DNA from: a virus
Taxonomy: Duplodnaviria; Caudoviricetes
Strand: one strand, 5' to 3'
Virus record (IMG/VR): IMGVR_UViG_3300031867_000049
Location: 274-64,273 of that record
Length of the DNA: 64,000 nucleotides
Shown here: in pieces, positions 20,979-31,709 of the stretch
How positions within the stretch are numbered: the first letter of the stretch is position 1
Layout of the letters: each line of letters begins with the position of its first letter
The notes under the pieces: model-generated
Database searches by the model: none
The model's input: the letters and a program-made list of their open reading frames with translations, nothing else
Told to the model about the DNA's origin: nothing
Program-made: the position numbers and the translations under genes

Positions 20979-23575
20979 GTACTGGAATAGATAAGCTTGC
21001 CTCTGAACTACAGAAAGTTATAGAGGAAAAAGACAGTAAAAAGAAGTCACCATATGAATCTGAAGCGAAAGTTTTACGAGTAGAAGATGATACCGTATGG
21101 GTAAAAATCCCTGGGGGGACTGACGAGACACCTGCTCAGAGGACCATCGATGCTAAACCTGGTGATTCTGTAAAGGTAAGAGTATCAAATAATAGTACTT
21201 ATATTCTCGGCAATGCAACAAGTCCTCCAACAGACGACACAACAGCCTACATTGCAATTGATAATGCCCGAGACGCCAATCAGAATGCTACCGCTGCTGG
21301 AATTGCCGCAGAACAAGCTATAAATAGTGCGACAATCGCAAATGAAAAAGCGACAGAAGCTATATCTGATGCTGCAGATGCTCATCAAGCAGCGCAGGAA
21401 GCTAAGGCCGATGCGGCAGATGCTAAAACAGCTGCTACACAGGCCCGGACGGATGCTGATGCTGCTAATACGGCAGCCACACAAGCCAAACGAGATGCTG
21501 CGGATGCCAAAACAGCTGCTGCACAGGCTCAGATAGATGCTGCGGATGCAAAAACAGCTTCTTCTGAAGCTAAAACTGCCGCTAATGAAGCAAAAGCAGA
21601 TGCGACGCAGGCTAAACAAGATGCAGCAGATGCTAAAACGGCTTCGACACAAGCTAAACAAGATGCTGCGGACGCTAAAACAGCTTCGACCGAAGCTAAG
21701 GCTGATGCCGCTGACGCTAAAGAAGCTGCTACACAGGCCCAGGCAGATGCCTCTGATGCTAAAGAAGCTGCTACATCTGCGAGTCAGTCTGCCGAAAGTG
21801 CCGCCTCAAGTGCTAGCGCTGCTTCGACGTCAGCAAGTCAGGCTGCAACAAGAGCATCAAATGCTGAAGCATCAGCGCAGGCAGCAGAATCATCTGCTCA
21901 GTCGGCTCAAACATCGGCAAGCACTGCTGGTGAGAATGCATCAAGAGCTCAGGCTGCTTCTGAAGCAGCTCAAGCCGCCGCTTTATCATCTATAACAAGT
22001 GATACTTTACATTATCTTGCCACTAATCGATCTGAAGGTGTTAAAAAGACGGACGCTGGCTGGACTACTACTGTACAGACGATCGATTCTACGAATAGAT
22101 ATTTATGGACATACCATACATATACCGCAGCAAATGGAACCTCAACTGATACAAATCCTGTTATATCCGGTGTATATGGAGATCCAGGACAAGCGGGCGG
22201 TAAAGGTGATAAAGGAGATCCTGGTGAAACAGGACCTTCAGGTGATGACGGTGTAGGTGTTACATCTGTTCAGCCGCAGTACTATCTTTCGACATCAGAT
22301 TCAGTGGCAACTGGAGGTTCCTGGAGCAATTCACTTCAGTATGTTCCTGGAAAGTATATTTGGACCAGAGACATGGTGTCCTATGATGATGGGACAAGTA
22401 AATCATCTACAGAAATTTACAATCAGGCTCTGACACAGTCATGCAAAGATGCAGCAGAAGCACTTGGATTGGTTCAAGAGCAGCAGGAATATTTCTGGCA
22501 TGATTCTCAAGGAGCACATGTGCTGTCAAGTACAGATGCAAGCGGAACGCGCTACAGGCTCGATATGGTTGGCTCTGGTACGACGATTACACAGCTTAAA
22601 TCTAATGGAACAGAAAGTGTAATAGCCACATTTGGTGAAAATATTAACTTCAGCTCGGATCATGCCCAGTATATCGGAAACCAGAATGCTTACGTTATAT
22701 TTGATCCGACAGGAAATGGTGGACAAGGTTCTCTGACAATAGGCGGCTCATCAATTCAGATGGGTAACAGAACTCTTGACGATGTCCTCGGAAAGACGCT
22801 TATTTACGATCATACATATGAGTATGTTCGAGATTCAAATAATAAGCCTATAAGCGCAAACTTTACAGCATTTTTATACCGAGGTGGAGTCGACGTAAAA
22901 ACTGAATACGAACCATCTAATTTTACTTGGTACCTTAAGAAAGAGGAAAAAGGCACTGGTGCAATCAGCGAAATTCTTATAGCAACCGGCTATACATGCA
23001 GCGTTAATTTAAGCGACTGTGGCTATGGCGCTGAAATTGTCGGAAAGTTTACTATCGCTGATGATGCTTATGCGCTTAACGCAAATGGTGACAATCTTAC
23101 GGACGCAAGCAATATGCCAATGTCTGTAAGATCTACAGGCGAATCTGTAAGAGTAAGAGACCTGTCAACAAGTTCAACTATATTTCCAACAGACAAGATA
23201 ATGATTGTTGGAGGGGAAGATGAGCATCTTGTAAGTATTCAGACGCTTCAGGATTATCTGAATGCTAATCTCGATAAGCAAGTTATATTTGACACAACCG
23301 CCGGATGGTCTGCTCAGACATCGCTTGTATCGAAGAAGGATACTTTGTATGTTTATACGGATCATCAGACTGACGCTCAGGGCAACAAAGTAGCCGGTAT
23401 AAAGGCAGGTGATGGTCTTGCTTATGTGGTTGACCTGCCGTTTACCGATACTATTTGCACAGAGCATATAGCCGATAACACAAGGCACATAACGCAAACC
23501 GAAAGAGATTTTTGGAATAACAAGGTGCGCTGCTATTATGCGGGCACAGAGCAACTGATATTTACGACAGCATAA
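20975..23575 (+). CDS. Tail fibre/spike with Ala-rich coiled coil and short collagen segment
   Basis: DAADAK repeats, GxY run (GDPGQAGGKGDKGDPGETGPSGDDG), Ig-like domain. Confidence 0.75.
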   Translation: MSTGIDKLASELQKVIEEKDSKKKSPYESEAKVLRVEDDTVWVKIPGGTDETPAQRTIDAKPGDSVKVRVSNNSTYILGNATSPPTDDTTAYIAIDNARDANQNATAAGIAAEQAINSATIANEKATEAISDAADAHQAAQEAKADAADAKTAATQARTDADAANTAATQAKRDAADAKTAAAQAQIDAADAKTASSEAKTAANEAKADATQAKQDAADAKTASTQAKQDAADAKTASTEAKADAADAKEAATQAQADASDAKEAATSASQSAESAASSASAASTSASQAATRASNAEASAQAAESSAQSAQTSASTAGENASRAQAASEAAQAAALSSITSDTLHYLATNRSEGVKKTDAGWTTTVQTIDSTNRYLWTYHTYTAANGTSTDTNPVISGVYGDPGQAGGKGDKGDPGETGPSGDDGVGVTSVQPQYYLSTSDSVATGGSWSNSLQYVPGKYIWTRDMVSYDDGTSKSSTEIYNQALTQSCKDAAEALGLVQEQQEYFWHDSQGAHVLSSTDASGTRYRLDMVGSGTTITQLKSNGTESVIATFGENINFSSDHAQYIGNQNAYVIFDPTGNGGQGSLTIGGSSIQMGNRTLDDVLGKTLIYDHTYEYVRDSNNKPISANFTAFLYRGGVDVKTEYEPSNFTWYLKKEEKGTGAISEILIATGYTCSVNLSDCGYGAEIVGKFTIADDAYALNANGDNLTDASNMPMSVRSTGESVRVRDLSTSSTIFPTDKIMIVGGEDEHLVSIQTLQDYLNANLDKQVIFDTTAGWSAQTSLVSKKDTLYVYTDHQTDAQGNKVAGIKAGDGLAYVVDLPFTDTICTEHIADNTRHITQTERDFWNNKVRCYYAGTEQLIFTTA
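21368..21787 (+). repeat. 10 x 42-bp (14-aa) DAADAKTAxTQAKx tandem repeat
   Basis: Read directly from the translation. Confidence 0.85.
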
Positions 23576-23588
23576 AGGAGATTGATTA

Positions 23589-24845
23589 ATGGCAGATATA
23601 TCTAAAATCACGTTGCCTTCTGGAACAACGTACAATATAAAGGATGCGCATGCCAGGGAGCTGATTGACGAGATGTCAGGGTACACCGATTTCCTTGGCG
23701 TAACTACAACAGCTCTATCTGATGGCGCAACAACAAATCCAATTAAGATAAATAATGCAGATGTCACTGCTAAAAAGGGCAATATTGCTACATACGGTAG
23801 TGCTGAGTTCATATTCAATGGAACTGCTTGGCAAGCGTTCGGTGATTTGTCTGGGCTTGGTTCACTTGCCTATAAAAATTCAGCTTCTGGTAGCACAACT
23901 GTTGCTGTCCCAAAATCTTATACAACGACAGTAACGCCTAAAGCAAAGGATGTATCAGTTTCTGGTACAACAACAGGCTCGGTAAGTGTTACCAAAGGAA
24001 CTGTGACGGTAAGCAAGGCTTCGAGCGGTACAGCTACATATACACCGGCAGGAACAAATGCTGCGTCAAGTGTGAGTGGTTCTTGTACAGTAACTCCGAG
24101 TGGTTCTATAAGCACCGGGACCGGTACAGCTAACTACACACCGGCCGGGTCAAATGCGAGCTCGAGCGTAAGTGGTTCTTGCTCGGTTACTCCAAAAGGT
24201 TCTATCAGTACAGGCACTGGAACTGCGAATTACACGCCAGCTGGAACTGTAAGCACACCGACTATCACAGTAACACCAAACACAGCTACAAAGTATGTTG
24301 CATCAAGTTCTACTGGTGGCGGTTCTGTTACTGCTGGAAAAGCAGCAAGCTGTACATTACCATCGCTGACAACATCTGTAGCAAATGAGACGCTGACTAT
24401 CGGATGGTCTGCTGGAAGTTTCACGGCAAACACGCCGACAGCCGTAACTCTTCCATCATTTGCAAGCCAGACGATTGCGACGGGAATAAAGTCGGCAACA
24501 TCGAGTCAGCCGTCATTCACAGGTACTGGTGCTGAGCTTAAGTTTACAGGCTCATCAAGCAGTGGAACTATATCTGGAACAGCAGCGGCTCAGACCTTCA
24601 CAGGCACTGGCGCAGAGCTTAAGTTTACAGGTTCGTCAAGCACAGGAACCATATCCGGCACAGCGGCTGCTCAGAAATTCACTGGAACAGGAGCAAGGCT
24701 TGTAACTGATAGCGAGGTTGCTACAGGTGCATCATTTGTCGGCGCTTCTATGACTTCTACAGGATCATATACACCAGCGACTCCAACGGCTTCTACAACC
24801 ACAGCAACAACCGAGAATAAGACTGTTAGCATTACTGTATCGTAA
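23589..24845 (+). CDS. Ser/Thr/Gly-rich fibre protein with YTPAG and FTGT repeats
   Basis: Internal ~32-aa and ~27-aa repeats. Confidence 0.7.
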   Translation: MADISKITLPSGTTYNIKDAHARELIDEMSGYTDFLGVTTTALSDGATTNPIKINNADVTAKKGNIATYGSAEFIFNGTAWQAFGDLSGLGSLAYKNSASGSTTVAVPKSYTTTVTPKAKDVSVSGTTTGSVSVTKGTVTVSKASSGTATYTPAGTNAASSVSGSCTVTPSGSISTGTGTANYTPAGSNASSSVSGSCSVTPKGSISTGTGTANYTPAGTVSTPTITVTPNTATKYVASSSTGGGSVTAGKAASCTLPSLTTSVANETLTIGWSAGSFTANTPTAVTLPSFASQTIATGIKSATSSQPSFTGTGAELKFTGSSSSGTISGTAAAQTFTGTGAELKFTGSSSTGTISGTAAAQKFTGTGARLVTDSEVATGASFVGASMTSTGSYTPATPTASTTTATTENKTVSITVS

Positions 24846-24856
24846 GGAGGTGACTT

Positions 24857-26857
24857 ATGGCGGACATAAGTAAAGTTAAACTTCCTGATGGTAGTGTGTA
24901 TGATATTAAGGACGCAAAGGCATTACCGAAGACCACGTACGAATACAACAAGGAAATATCGTTCGGTGGTTCTGGAAAATTGCTGATTGGAAAGTTCAAA
25001 TGCTATGACTCTAACGTTACTATAGAAATCAACTCGACAACAGCTACAACTTATCATGCTGTAGCGATATTGGCCACACAGAACATAAATACGTCACATG
25101 GCGGGAGCATGACATGGAATGTCTATGGCGATGACAGTAATACAGTTGCATCTAATCTGTACCTATATTACCCGTCTAACAGCCAATGGATAGAGATATA
25201 TTTTTCGCCGTCAAGTTGGAGTAAGAACTTAATACATATACAATGCATGGGGATTCAAGCCGAAGCAACCAACGTATGTGAAAATGTCTCGGCAATTCCA
25301 GAAACGGCTACAGTAAAGCCAACGAACATATCAAGAGGCGCTTATGTTCTGAAGGCTGGAGATACAATGACCGGTGCATTAGCGGTAGATGGGTTCAACA
25401 TAAAACGGACTATGATTCCGACCAATACGTATTGCGTAGTTGGGTGGTATAGGATAGCCAAAATATATTCCGCGACCGATGCAACTAAAGGTGGATATCC
25501 TAATTTCCTTTTGTTTTACGGAGGACGATATAATAACTCTAATCCGTCCAATTGGATTGTTAGCATAAATGCAAATTATACAGTTGCATATCTTAACCAG
25601 CTAAATGGATATTTGAACGGGTGTTTTAGTAAGGTTCGGTTAGTCAAGATTTCAAATGGTTCATACTATGTCGATGCATATCAAAATGCGGATGCCCCTA
25701 CAAAAACGTTAGGGTATCAGCACTTTACTTTTATAGGAATGGGCACCGTAGAAACGTATTCGCCAACAGCGCCATTAGAAACCGAAGAAACGGCAGTTGC
25801 CTCTATAGATATTGCGACTAACAGAATCGTTTCCGATGTCGTAGGAAATGTAAGCGGACGTGCGAATGGTCTTGAAATCAACAGCGTGACAGGGGCAACC
25901 GTTGATGACTTTCGAGGTGATTCTTTAAGACATGCTAAAATCAGTAGCTATACCGATGTTGGCCTAGCTGGGAACGACGGATGTATCATTTGGGTTCCGT
26001 ATAGCGATAAATATGGCAGACAATTCCTTCTTGACGATACAGGGTATCTAATAAAGTCTCGATGCTATAGCAATGGCAACTGGTCATCTTGGAACGAACT
26101 TGCATTTAAGGACAAAGCAAGCGCAAACACGCTGATGAACACGCTTGACACTGGAAGTTCTACTCCAGTTGATGCCGACTATTATATTTCCCAGTATGTA
26201 GGAGGAGGCACATCCACCACGACTTATCATCGTAGACCGATGTCAGCATTGTGGGAGTATATAAAGGGCAAAATCAGTTCAATTTTGGGGCTTACTGCAT
26301 CAAATTATGGAGGTACTTCTGCAAAAGCAACGGCAGACGCAAGTGGAAATACAATTACGACTTATTACGCTCCAAAGTCTACGGTAGTAACGAATGTTGC
26401 CCTTGCAACGAACAAGATTACCAAGACCATAAACGGTACGACCACAGACGTTGTAACGGCGGCTACTACCTCGGGATATGGCATAACAAAACTCTCGACG
26501 GCTACTAACAGTACGGCTGTCGATGTAGCGGCAACGCCTTCCGCTGTCAAAACCGCATATGACCTCGCCAACTCAGCAAACACTACCGCTAACACAGCAT
26601 TGTCTGGGGTTAACGGTAATTTAATTTATGATCAAACCTTCACGATATCTAACGGAGTTGCAACCTTTACTCCGCATGTATATCAGAAGGGCGCTGAGGT
26701 TACGACAAACTATGCAGCAAGTTGCTTCAAATGGAAGTATAGGCTGATAGATGGTTCTGAGGTGAGTCTTACTACAAACAGTAACAGAGGTTGCACAGTA
26801 ACTATATCTGGAATGGGCTATGGCGGACATGTCATAGGTATATTTACACCGGCATAG
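24857..26857 (+). CDS. Tail fibre protein
   Basis: N-terminus paralogous to 23589 ORF; YYISQYVGGG..TTYHRRP segment; ATPSAVKTAYDLA fibre motif. Confidence 0.75.
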   Translation: MADISKVKLPDGSVYDIKDAKALPKTTYEYNKEISFGGSGKLLIGKFKCYDSNVTIEINSTTATTYHAVAILATQNINTSHGGSMTWNVYGDDSNTVASNLYLYYPSNSQWIEIYFSPSSWSKNLIHIQCMGIQAEATNVCENVSAIPETATVKPTNISRGAYVLKAGDTMTGALAVDGFNIKRTMIPTNTYCVVGWYRIAKIYSATDATKGGYPNFLLFYGGRYNNSNPSNWIVSINANYTVAYLNQLNGYLNGCFSKVRLVKISNGSYYVDAYQNADAPTKTLGYQHFTFIGMGTVETYSPTAPLETEETAVASIDIATNRIVSDVVGNVSGRANGLEINSVTGATVDDFRGDSLRHAKISSYTDVGLAGNDGCIIWVPYSDKYGRQFLLDDTGYLIKSRCYSNGNWSSWNELAFKDKASANTLMNTLDTGSSTPVDADYYISQYVGGGTSTTTYHRRPMSALWEYIKGKISSILGLTASNYGGTSAKATADASGNTITTYYAPKSTVVTNVALATNKITKTINGTTTDVVTAATTSGYGITKLSTATNSTAVDVAATPSAVKTAYDLANSANTTANTALSGVNGNLIYDQTFTISNGVATFTPHVYQKGAEVTTNYAASCFKWKYRLIDGSEVSLTTNSNRGCTVTISGMGYGGHVIGIFTPA

Positions 26858-26869
26858 AAAGGAGGCACA

Positions 26870-28702
26870 ATGGCAACATATACAAAAGAAACAGCCCTTT
26901 ATGACACTGCAGCTATTGCAGGTGATATTCAGGAGGCTGGAACTACTGCAAGCAAGTATATTGCGGCAGACAGCACAGGCATCATGGTCTATGACGGAAC
27001 AAGCGGTGCTCAGACTCCAAGTGCAGTTTCAGATGGCACTAACAACGTATTTATCGATGACGATTCTGTAGATGTACGAACAGGGAGCGATGTAAAAGCA
27101 TCCTTCGGCTCTATAACTACAATAGGCCCAGAAGATGCCGCACATGCTGAAATACAGAGCGATTCATTTACTATTTATAACGGGGTTCCAACAGAATGTT
27201 TTTCTATAGAATCGAGTGCTACTGAAGTATCGTCAGAGCGACAATACCCATACACTGATAGTACAAGTGGAATTACATTTACTGGGGCTGGGACAAAAAC
27301 AAGAACATATACTGCATTAAAAGATGTTGCTAATAAAGTTTCGATTACAGTAGCGCATGCTGGTTCCTTAGCGACAGCGACCAGAGTAGTTACTTCGAAC
27401 AGTCAGACGTTTACTTTCTCTTTCCCGAAAGATAGCACTGGAAATACCTTAAGAATCAAATTGACTGCTATATGGAATAAAAGTACGGGGGTGCTTTCCA
27501 TAACGTTACCTTCGGATTATATAGTATCGGGGCAAAGAAAAGGCATAATACGAATACGCATTTCAAAAAGTTGGCAGACCCTTGTGCAACCAGCACCAGC
27601 TATGCTTTTCGGAGAACTAAGTGGGTCTATTGGAGGATATTCTACTGCGATGGGAAAAAGTGTTTCGGCAAGCGGAGATTATTCTCATGCAGAAGGTTAT
27701 GACGTAATTGTATCCGGAAGTTATTCGCATGCAGAGGGTCAGTATACAAGGGCTAGCGGAAATGCTTCTCATGCAGAGGGGCAGTCTACACAAGCGAGTG
27801 GTACTTACGGTGCTCATGCAGAAGGCGGCACTACAACTGCCAGCGGAAATTATTCGCACGCAGAGGGGCAATATACAACTGCAAGCGATTTTGCTTCTCA
27901 TGCAGAAGGCTTTTATACCACTGCGAGTGAACGTCATTCTCATGCAGAAGGCTTCTATACAACTGCAAATGGGTTTTGTTCTCATGCCCAAAACTATCAT
28001 ACAACCGCTGGATATTCAAGCCAAACAGCCATTGGAAAGTACAATAATAATTTAGAATCTAATGCCTTTGAAATAGGTAATGGCGATAGTACCACGCCAT
28101 CCAACGCGTTTTCTGTTGATTGGGATGGACGCATCTCCTGTGGTGATTACAATGGTAATTTTAAATCGATTTTCGATGTATTTTACCCAGTGGGTTCATG
28201 CTATACAACAAACACAAACACAAACCCATCCACTTGGCTTGGCGGAACATGGGTATTAGTCGATAAAAGATTCACTCCGAGTAATGGTGAGAACGGAATA
28301 ACTTGGAATGATACGAATACAAAAACGGAGAGGACTTTTGCGTGGATTAGAAACGATCATGATATTTGGCTCCGTTTCCGGTGGACAAATAAGGTAGCTT
28401 TTTCCGACACAGAGCAAGCAATATGCACGATTAACATGGCAACGCTTGGTTTTAAAAGTGGGGAATCTGGTTATTATCAGTGGATTACTGGTGCTTGCGA
28501 CGGTATCAATGCGGCACTTCTAATGAACTTATCATGGTCTGGATCGACTGGAACAGTGTATATACAAGATGTTGTAACGCGAGCCACAACTGTTCCAACT
28601 ACTACGAGCCAGCCTGCATACGCTACAATGCTTGTTAAATGTGACTTAAGTCATATGGATGATAGTGCATGCAATCAGTTTATATGGAAGAGAACAGCAT
28701 AG
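26870..28702 (+). CDS. Tail fibre/receptor-binding protein with YadA-head-like repeats
   Basis: ~9 x 14-aa (A)SG..SHAEG..T repeats at ~27655-28000; FYPVGSCY...NP...GGTW baseplate-fibre motif. Confidence 0.75.
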   Translation: MATYTKETALYDTAAIAGDIQEAGTTASKYIAADSTGIMVYDGTSGAQTPSAVSDGTNNVFIDDDSVDVRTGSDVKASFGSITTIGPEDAAHAEIQSDSFTIYNGVPTECFSIESSATEVSSERQYPYTDSTSGITFTGAGTKTRTYTALKDVANKVSITVAHAGSLATATRVVTSNSQTFTFSFPKDSTGNTLRIKLTAIWNKSTGVLSITLPSDYIVSGQRKGIIRIRISKSWQTLVQPAPAMLFGELSGSIGGYSTAMGKSVSASGDYSHAEGYDVIVSGSYSHAEGQYTRASGNASHAEGQSTQASGTYGAHAEGGTTTASGNYSHAEGQYTTASDFASHAEGFYTTASERHSHAEGFYTTANGFCSHAQNYHTTAGYSSQTAIGKYNNNLESNAFEIGNGDSTTPSNAFSVDWDGRISCGDYNGNFKSIFDVFYPVGSCYTTNTNTNPSTWLGGTWVLVDKRFTPSNGENGITWNDTNTKTERTFAWIRNDHDIWLRFRWTNKVAFSDTEQAICTINMATLGFKSGESGYYQWITGACDGINAALLMNLSWSGSTGTVYIQDVVTRATTVPTTTSQPAYATMLVKCDLSHMDDSACNQFIWKRTA

Positions 28703-28715
28703 AAAGGTGAAAACA

Positions 28716-29042
28716 ATGAATAAAGAGACAATACTCAGAACAATTGCGAGAATCGCATTCTCGATTTATACAGCCTTTTGCATATGGCAGGTGTCTATAG
28801 GGGAGCTTAGTAAACTTCTCAATGCGCCTGTCTTAGCTGTTATATTTACATGTGTAATCGTTCTTTGCGGGATCATCGTAGATGCCATCACGACCTATTT
28901 TAATAATGACTATACAAAAATAGCGGCTCAGCATACAGCAGAAATGAGACAGCATAAGGCTGAACTTAAAGAAGATTACGTTGGTGACAGATTCTTTACT
29001 GAGGAGGTGCCGGATGAATACGAAGATATTCAGACAGTATGA
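28716..29042 (+). CDS. Holin
   Basis: Two hydrophobic segments, charged C-terminus, overlaps endolysin start. Confidence 0.7.
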   Translation: MNKETILRTIARIAFSIYTAFCIWQVSIGELSKLLNAPVLAVIFTCVIVLCGIIVDAITTYFNNDYTKIAAQHTAEMRQHKAELKEDYVGDRFFTEEVPDEYEDIQTV

Positions 29043-30459
29043 TGGACCATGGGCTAAGAAGCCATATCCTACAAGAGGCTGCACAGTATCCGGTGCTGGT
29101 TGCGGACTTGTGGCTCTGACTCACATAGCAATTGAGCAGGACAGTAAAAAGAACTGGACACCGGAAACACTCAGACCATATATGCTGAAGCATGGCTATG
29201 CTATAGCCGGTCAGGGAACGACCTGGAATGGTATGACTCAGACGCTTCACTACCTTGGTTATGAGAATGTACGTTATATTACAGAAGCAACACCAATGAA
29301 AGATGCCTTTGCGGAGCTCAATAAGGGTAACCGCATAGGCATTATTCTTTTCTATGGCGGATATTCTAAGCGCTATAAGAAATGGTATAGGACTCCGGAC
29401 GGAACTGTATGGACGGCAAGCGGCCATTATATTATGTTCGGAAGTTACAAATACGAAAACGGTAAGCATTGGTTCTATCTGAAGGATTCGGGCGGACGTA
29501 AGCACGATGGATGGTACAGTTATGAAACCTCTATGAAGGGCTGCGTTGGTCAGATGTGGATCGTAGAGAGAACCGGTGTGCAGACCACTCCTGCTAAGGC
29601 TACAACCGCAGACGGAAAGCTTGTGGTTGATGGCATTGGCGGAACCGGAACTGTTAAAGCTCTTCAGAAATTCCTCGGGGTTACAGCTGATGGAATTATA
29701 TCTTCACAGGATAAGAATCTTAAGAAATACTATCCGGCTCTTAAATCCGTATCATTTGCTGACAAGCCAATTGGCTCTGTGACAGTAAGGATGCTGCAAA
29801 AGTGGCTCGGAATTTCCCCGGATGGACTTTTGGGAAAACAGTCTGTAACTACTCTTCAGAAGAAGCTTGGCGTGACTGCTGACGGAGTACTTGGAGCAGC
29901 AACGATGAAGGCTCTGCAGAAATACCTGAATGAGCATACAAAGGCGGTGTATCCCAAACTAACCATGGTTCAGAAGATCATGCAGGCATGTGTTGAGCAG
30001 TCTGTATGGATGAAGAATTCTAAATATGGCTGGGAAGGTGATCCGACTGTAGCAAAGTCAAAATTTAAAGCGACTTGTGTAACTTATGTTGCTTGCGTTC
30101 TTCAGAGACTCGGCATACTCAAGCCTGGCGAATTTATTTGGCAGAGTGGCAGAGGCTATGGAACAGGCAAGGTTTACGGCACAAATAGCAAAATGAAAGT
30201 GACTTATATGGGCAATAAGACTCTTAAATCACTTAAAAATCAGCTTAAAGCCGGCGACATAATTCTTCTTGACGATAACAAAAGTGGAAAGAAAGGCAGT
30301 GGTGGACATATATTCATTCTCGAAGGAAGATGGACAAAAGATGGCGATCCTTATATTTGGGATAATGAAACTGCTTATAAGAACCGCCGATCGAGAGTTT
30401 ATGATGGAAACAGAAAAGTTCTTGCCAGGGTAAGAATTGATGAACAGGCGGTGAAGTAA
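29014..30459 (+). CDS. Endolysin: C39-like Cys peptidase + peptidoglycan-binding repeats + second Cys/His domain
   Basis: GAGCG...SGHY; ALQKFLGVTADG repeats; TCVTYVACVL...GHIFI. Confidence 0.8.
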   Translation: MNTKIFRQYDGPWAKKPYPTRGCTVSGAGCGLVALTHIAIEQDSKKNWTPETLRPYMLKHGYAIAGQGTTWNGMTQTLHYLGYENVRYITEATPMKDAFAELNKGNRIGIILFYGGYSKRYKKWYRTPDGTVWTASGHYIMFGSYKYENGKHWFYLKDSGGRKHDGWYSYETSMKGCVGQMWIVERTGVQTTPAKATTADGKLVVDGIGGTGTVKALQKFLGVTADGIISSQDKNLKKYYPALKSVSFADKPIGSVTVRMLQKWLGISPDGLLGKQSVTTLQKKLGVTADGVLGAATMKALQKYLNEHTKAVYPKLTMVQKIMQACVEQSVWMKNSKYGWEGDPTVAKSKFKATCVTYVACVLQRLGILKPGEFIWQSGRGYGTGKVYGTNSKMKVTYMGNKTLKSLKNQLKAGDIILLDDNKSGKKGSGGHIFILEGRWTKDGDPYIWDNETAYKNRRSRVYDGNRKVLARVRIDEQAVK

Positions 30460-30815
30460 TGGAAAACTGGACAGTTGAACAAATCGCTACAGCAATAGCG
30501 CTGATGGTAGCTGTTGTATCGGGGGTAACATATTTGACAAAGCAGCTTAAAGACTGGATCGAGAAGCTTCTTGACAGCAAATTTAAGGATCTCGGTATCA
30601 GAATTGACTCGATAGAAGCTAAGATCGATAAGGTCGATATGGAAACATGCAAGAATTTTCTCGTACGTTTTTTAGCTGATGTCGAAAATGGTGCCGTGAT
30701 CCTTGACGCTGAGAAGCAGAGATTCTGGGAAGAATACGAACATTATATTTCGGCCGGGGGCAACTCTTATGTTAAAGAGTGGGTCGATAGATTAAAGAAA
30801 AAGGGGTTGATATAG
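30459..30815 (+). CDS. Membrane protein (second holin or lysis accessory)
   Basis: One N-terminal TM + coiled coil; ISAGGNSYV motif; in lysis cassette. Confidence 0.55.
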   Translation: MENWTVEQIATAIALMVAVVSGVTYLTKQLKDWIEKLLDSKFKDLGIRIDSIEAKIDKVDMETCKNFLVRFLADVENGAVILDAEKQRFWEEYEHYISAGGNSYVKEWVDRLKKKGLI

Positions 30816-30998
30816 ATGCGGTATAAAAAGGTAGAAACTTATCAATTCTCAGTGCCCCAGGAATTTAAGGCATATCTTGATTTTAAGAACGATCTGACCG
30901 CTTCAGGCGTAACGTTCACTGAGGATGGCGGATCGCATTATCAGACAATAACGCTCGTAACCACGGGCAATTTTGATAAAACGGAGGAGGTTAAGTAA
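30816..30998 (+). CDS. Hypothetical protein
   Basis: Tiles between flanking genes. Confidence 0.45.
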   Translation: MRYKKVETYQFSVPQEFKAYLDFKNDLTASGVTFTEDGGSHYQTITLVTTGNFDKTEEVK

Positions 30999-31708
30999 TG
31001 GCACAGACAATTGCTGAAAAACTCGCAGAAAAATATGATGTAACTCCTAGCACAACCATTGCTGGGACTCTTAAGAAGATCACGAACGATGAGACCGGTG
31101 ATGTCAACATTGCTAGCCTCATAAGTAAGATGGAAGCTGGTGGAGATGAAACGTTCGCCAACTTTTTAATGGTTCCTGACGAAACAATTTTGCCAAAAGG
31201 CATAACAAATATTACTAGTGATTTTAATGCTATTATGAAAGCCGCAGGCATTGTAGATATAGAAATTCCGGGAGATTTCTGCAACGGTATTGTTAATGGA
31301 TTTACTACTTGCAACCAATTAACTAGAGTTAAAATTGGTGACGGAATTAATAAGATTGGAGACGAAGCTTTTATGTCTTGTACAAATCTAACAAACGTAA
31401 TACTTCCACAGTCATTAACTATTGTTTCTGGTTATGCGTTTCAGAGTTGCACTACATTATCGACTATCGATTTTCCAGGACATATTAATAAAGTAATGAA
31501 TCGTGCTTTCTATGGATGCAGTAGTCTGTCACGCGTTATATTTAGATATGTAGAACCGCCAACAACTGTTGGAAGTAATGCCTTTACCGGATGCTCAGAT
31601 TCACTGACTTTCTATGTTCCTGATGAAGCAGTGGACGCGTATAAGGCAGTTAGCGGTCTTTCTTCATTTGTAAATAAGATATTACCAATTTCAGCATTGG
31701 AGGCATAA
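30998..31708 (+). CDS. BspA-type leucine-rich-repeat protein
   Basis: IGDEAFMSCTNLTNVILPQSLTIVSGYAFQSCTTLSTIDFP repeats. Confidence 0.85.
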   Translation: MAQTIAEKLAEKYDVTPSTTIAGTLKKITNDETGDVNIASLISKMEAGGDETFANFLMVPDETILPKGITNITSDFNAIMKAAGIVDIEIPGDFCNGIVNGFTTCNQLTRVKIGDGINKIGDEAFMSCTNLTNVILPQSLTIVSGYAFQSCTTLSTIDFPGHINKVMNRAFYGCSSLSRVIFRYVEPPTTVGSNAFTGCSDSLTFYVPDEAVDAYKAVSGLSSFVNKILPISALEA

Positions 31709-31709
31709 T

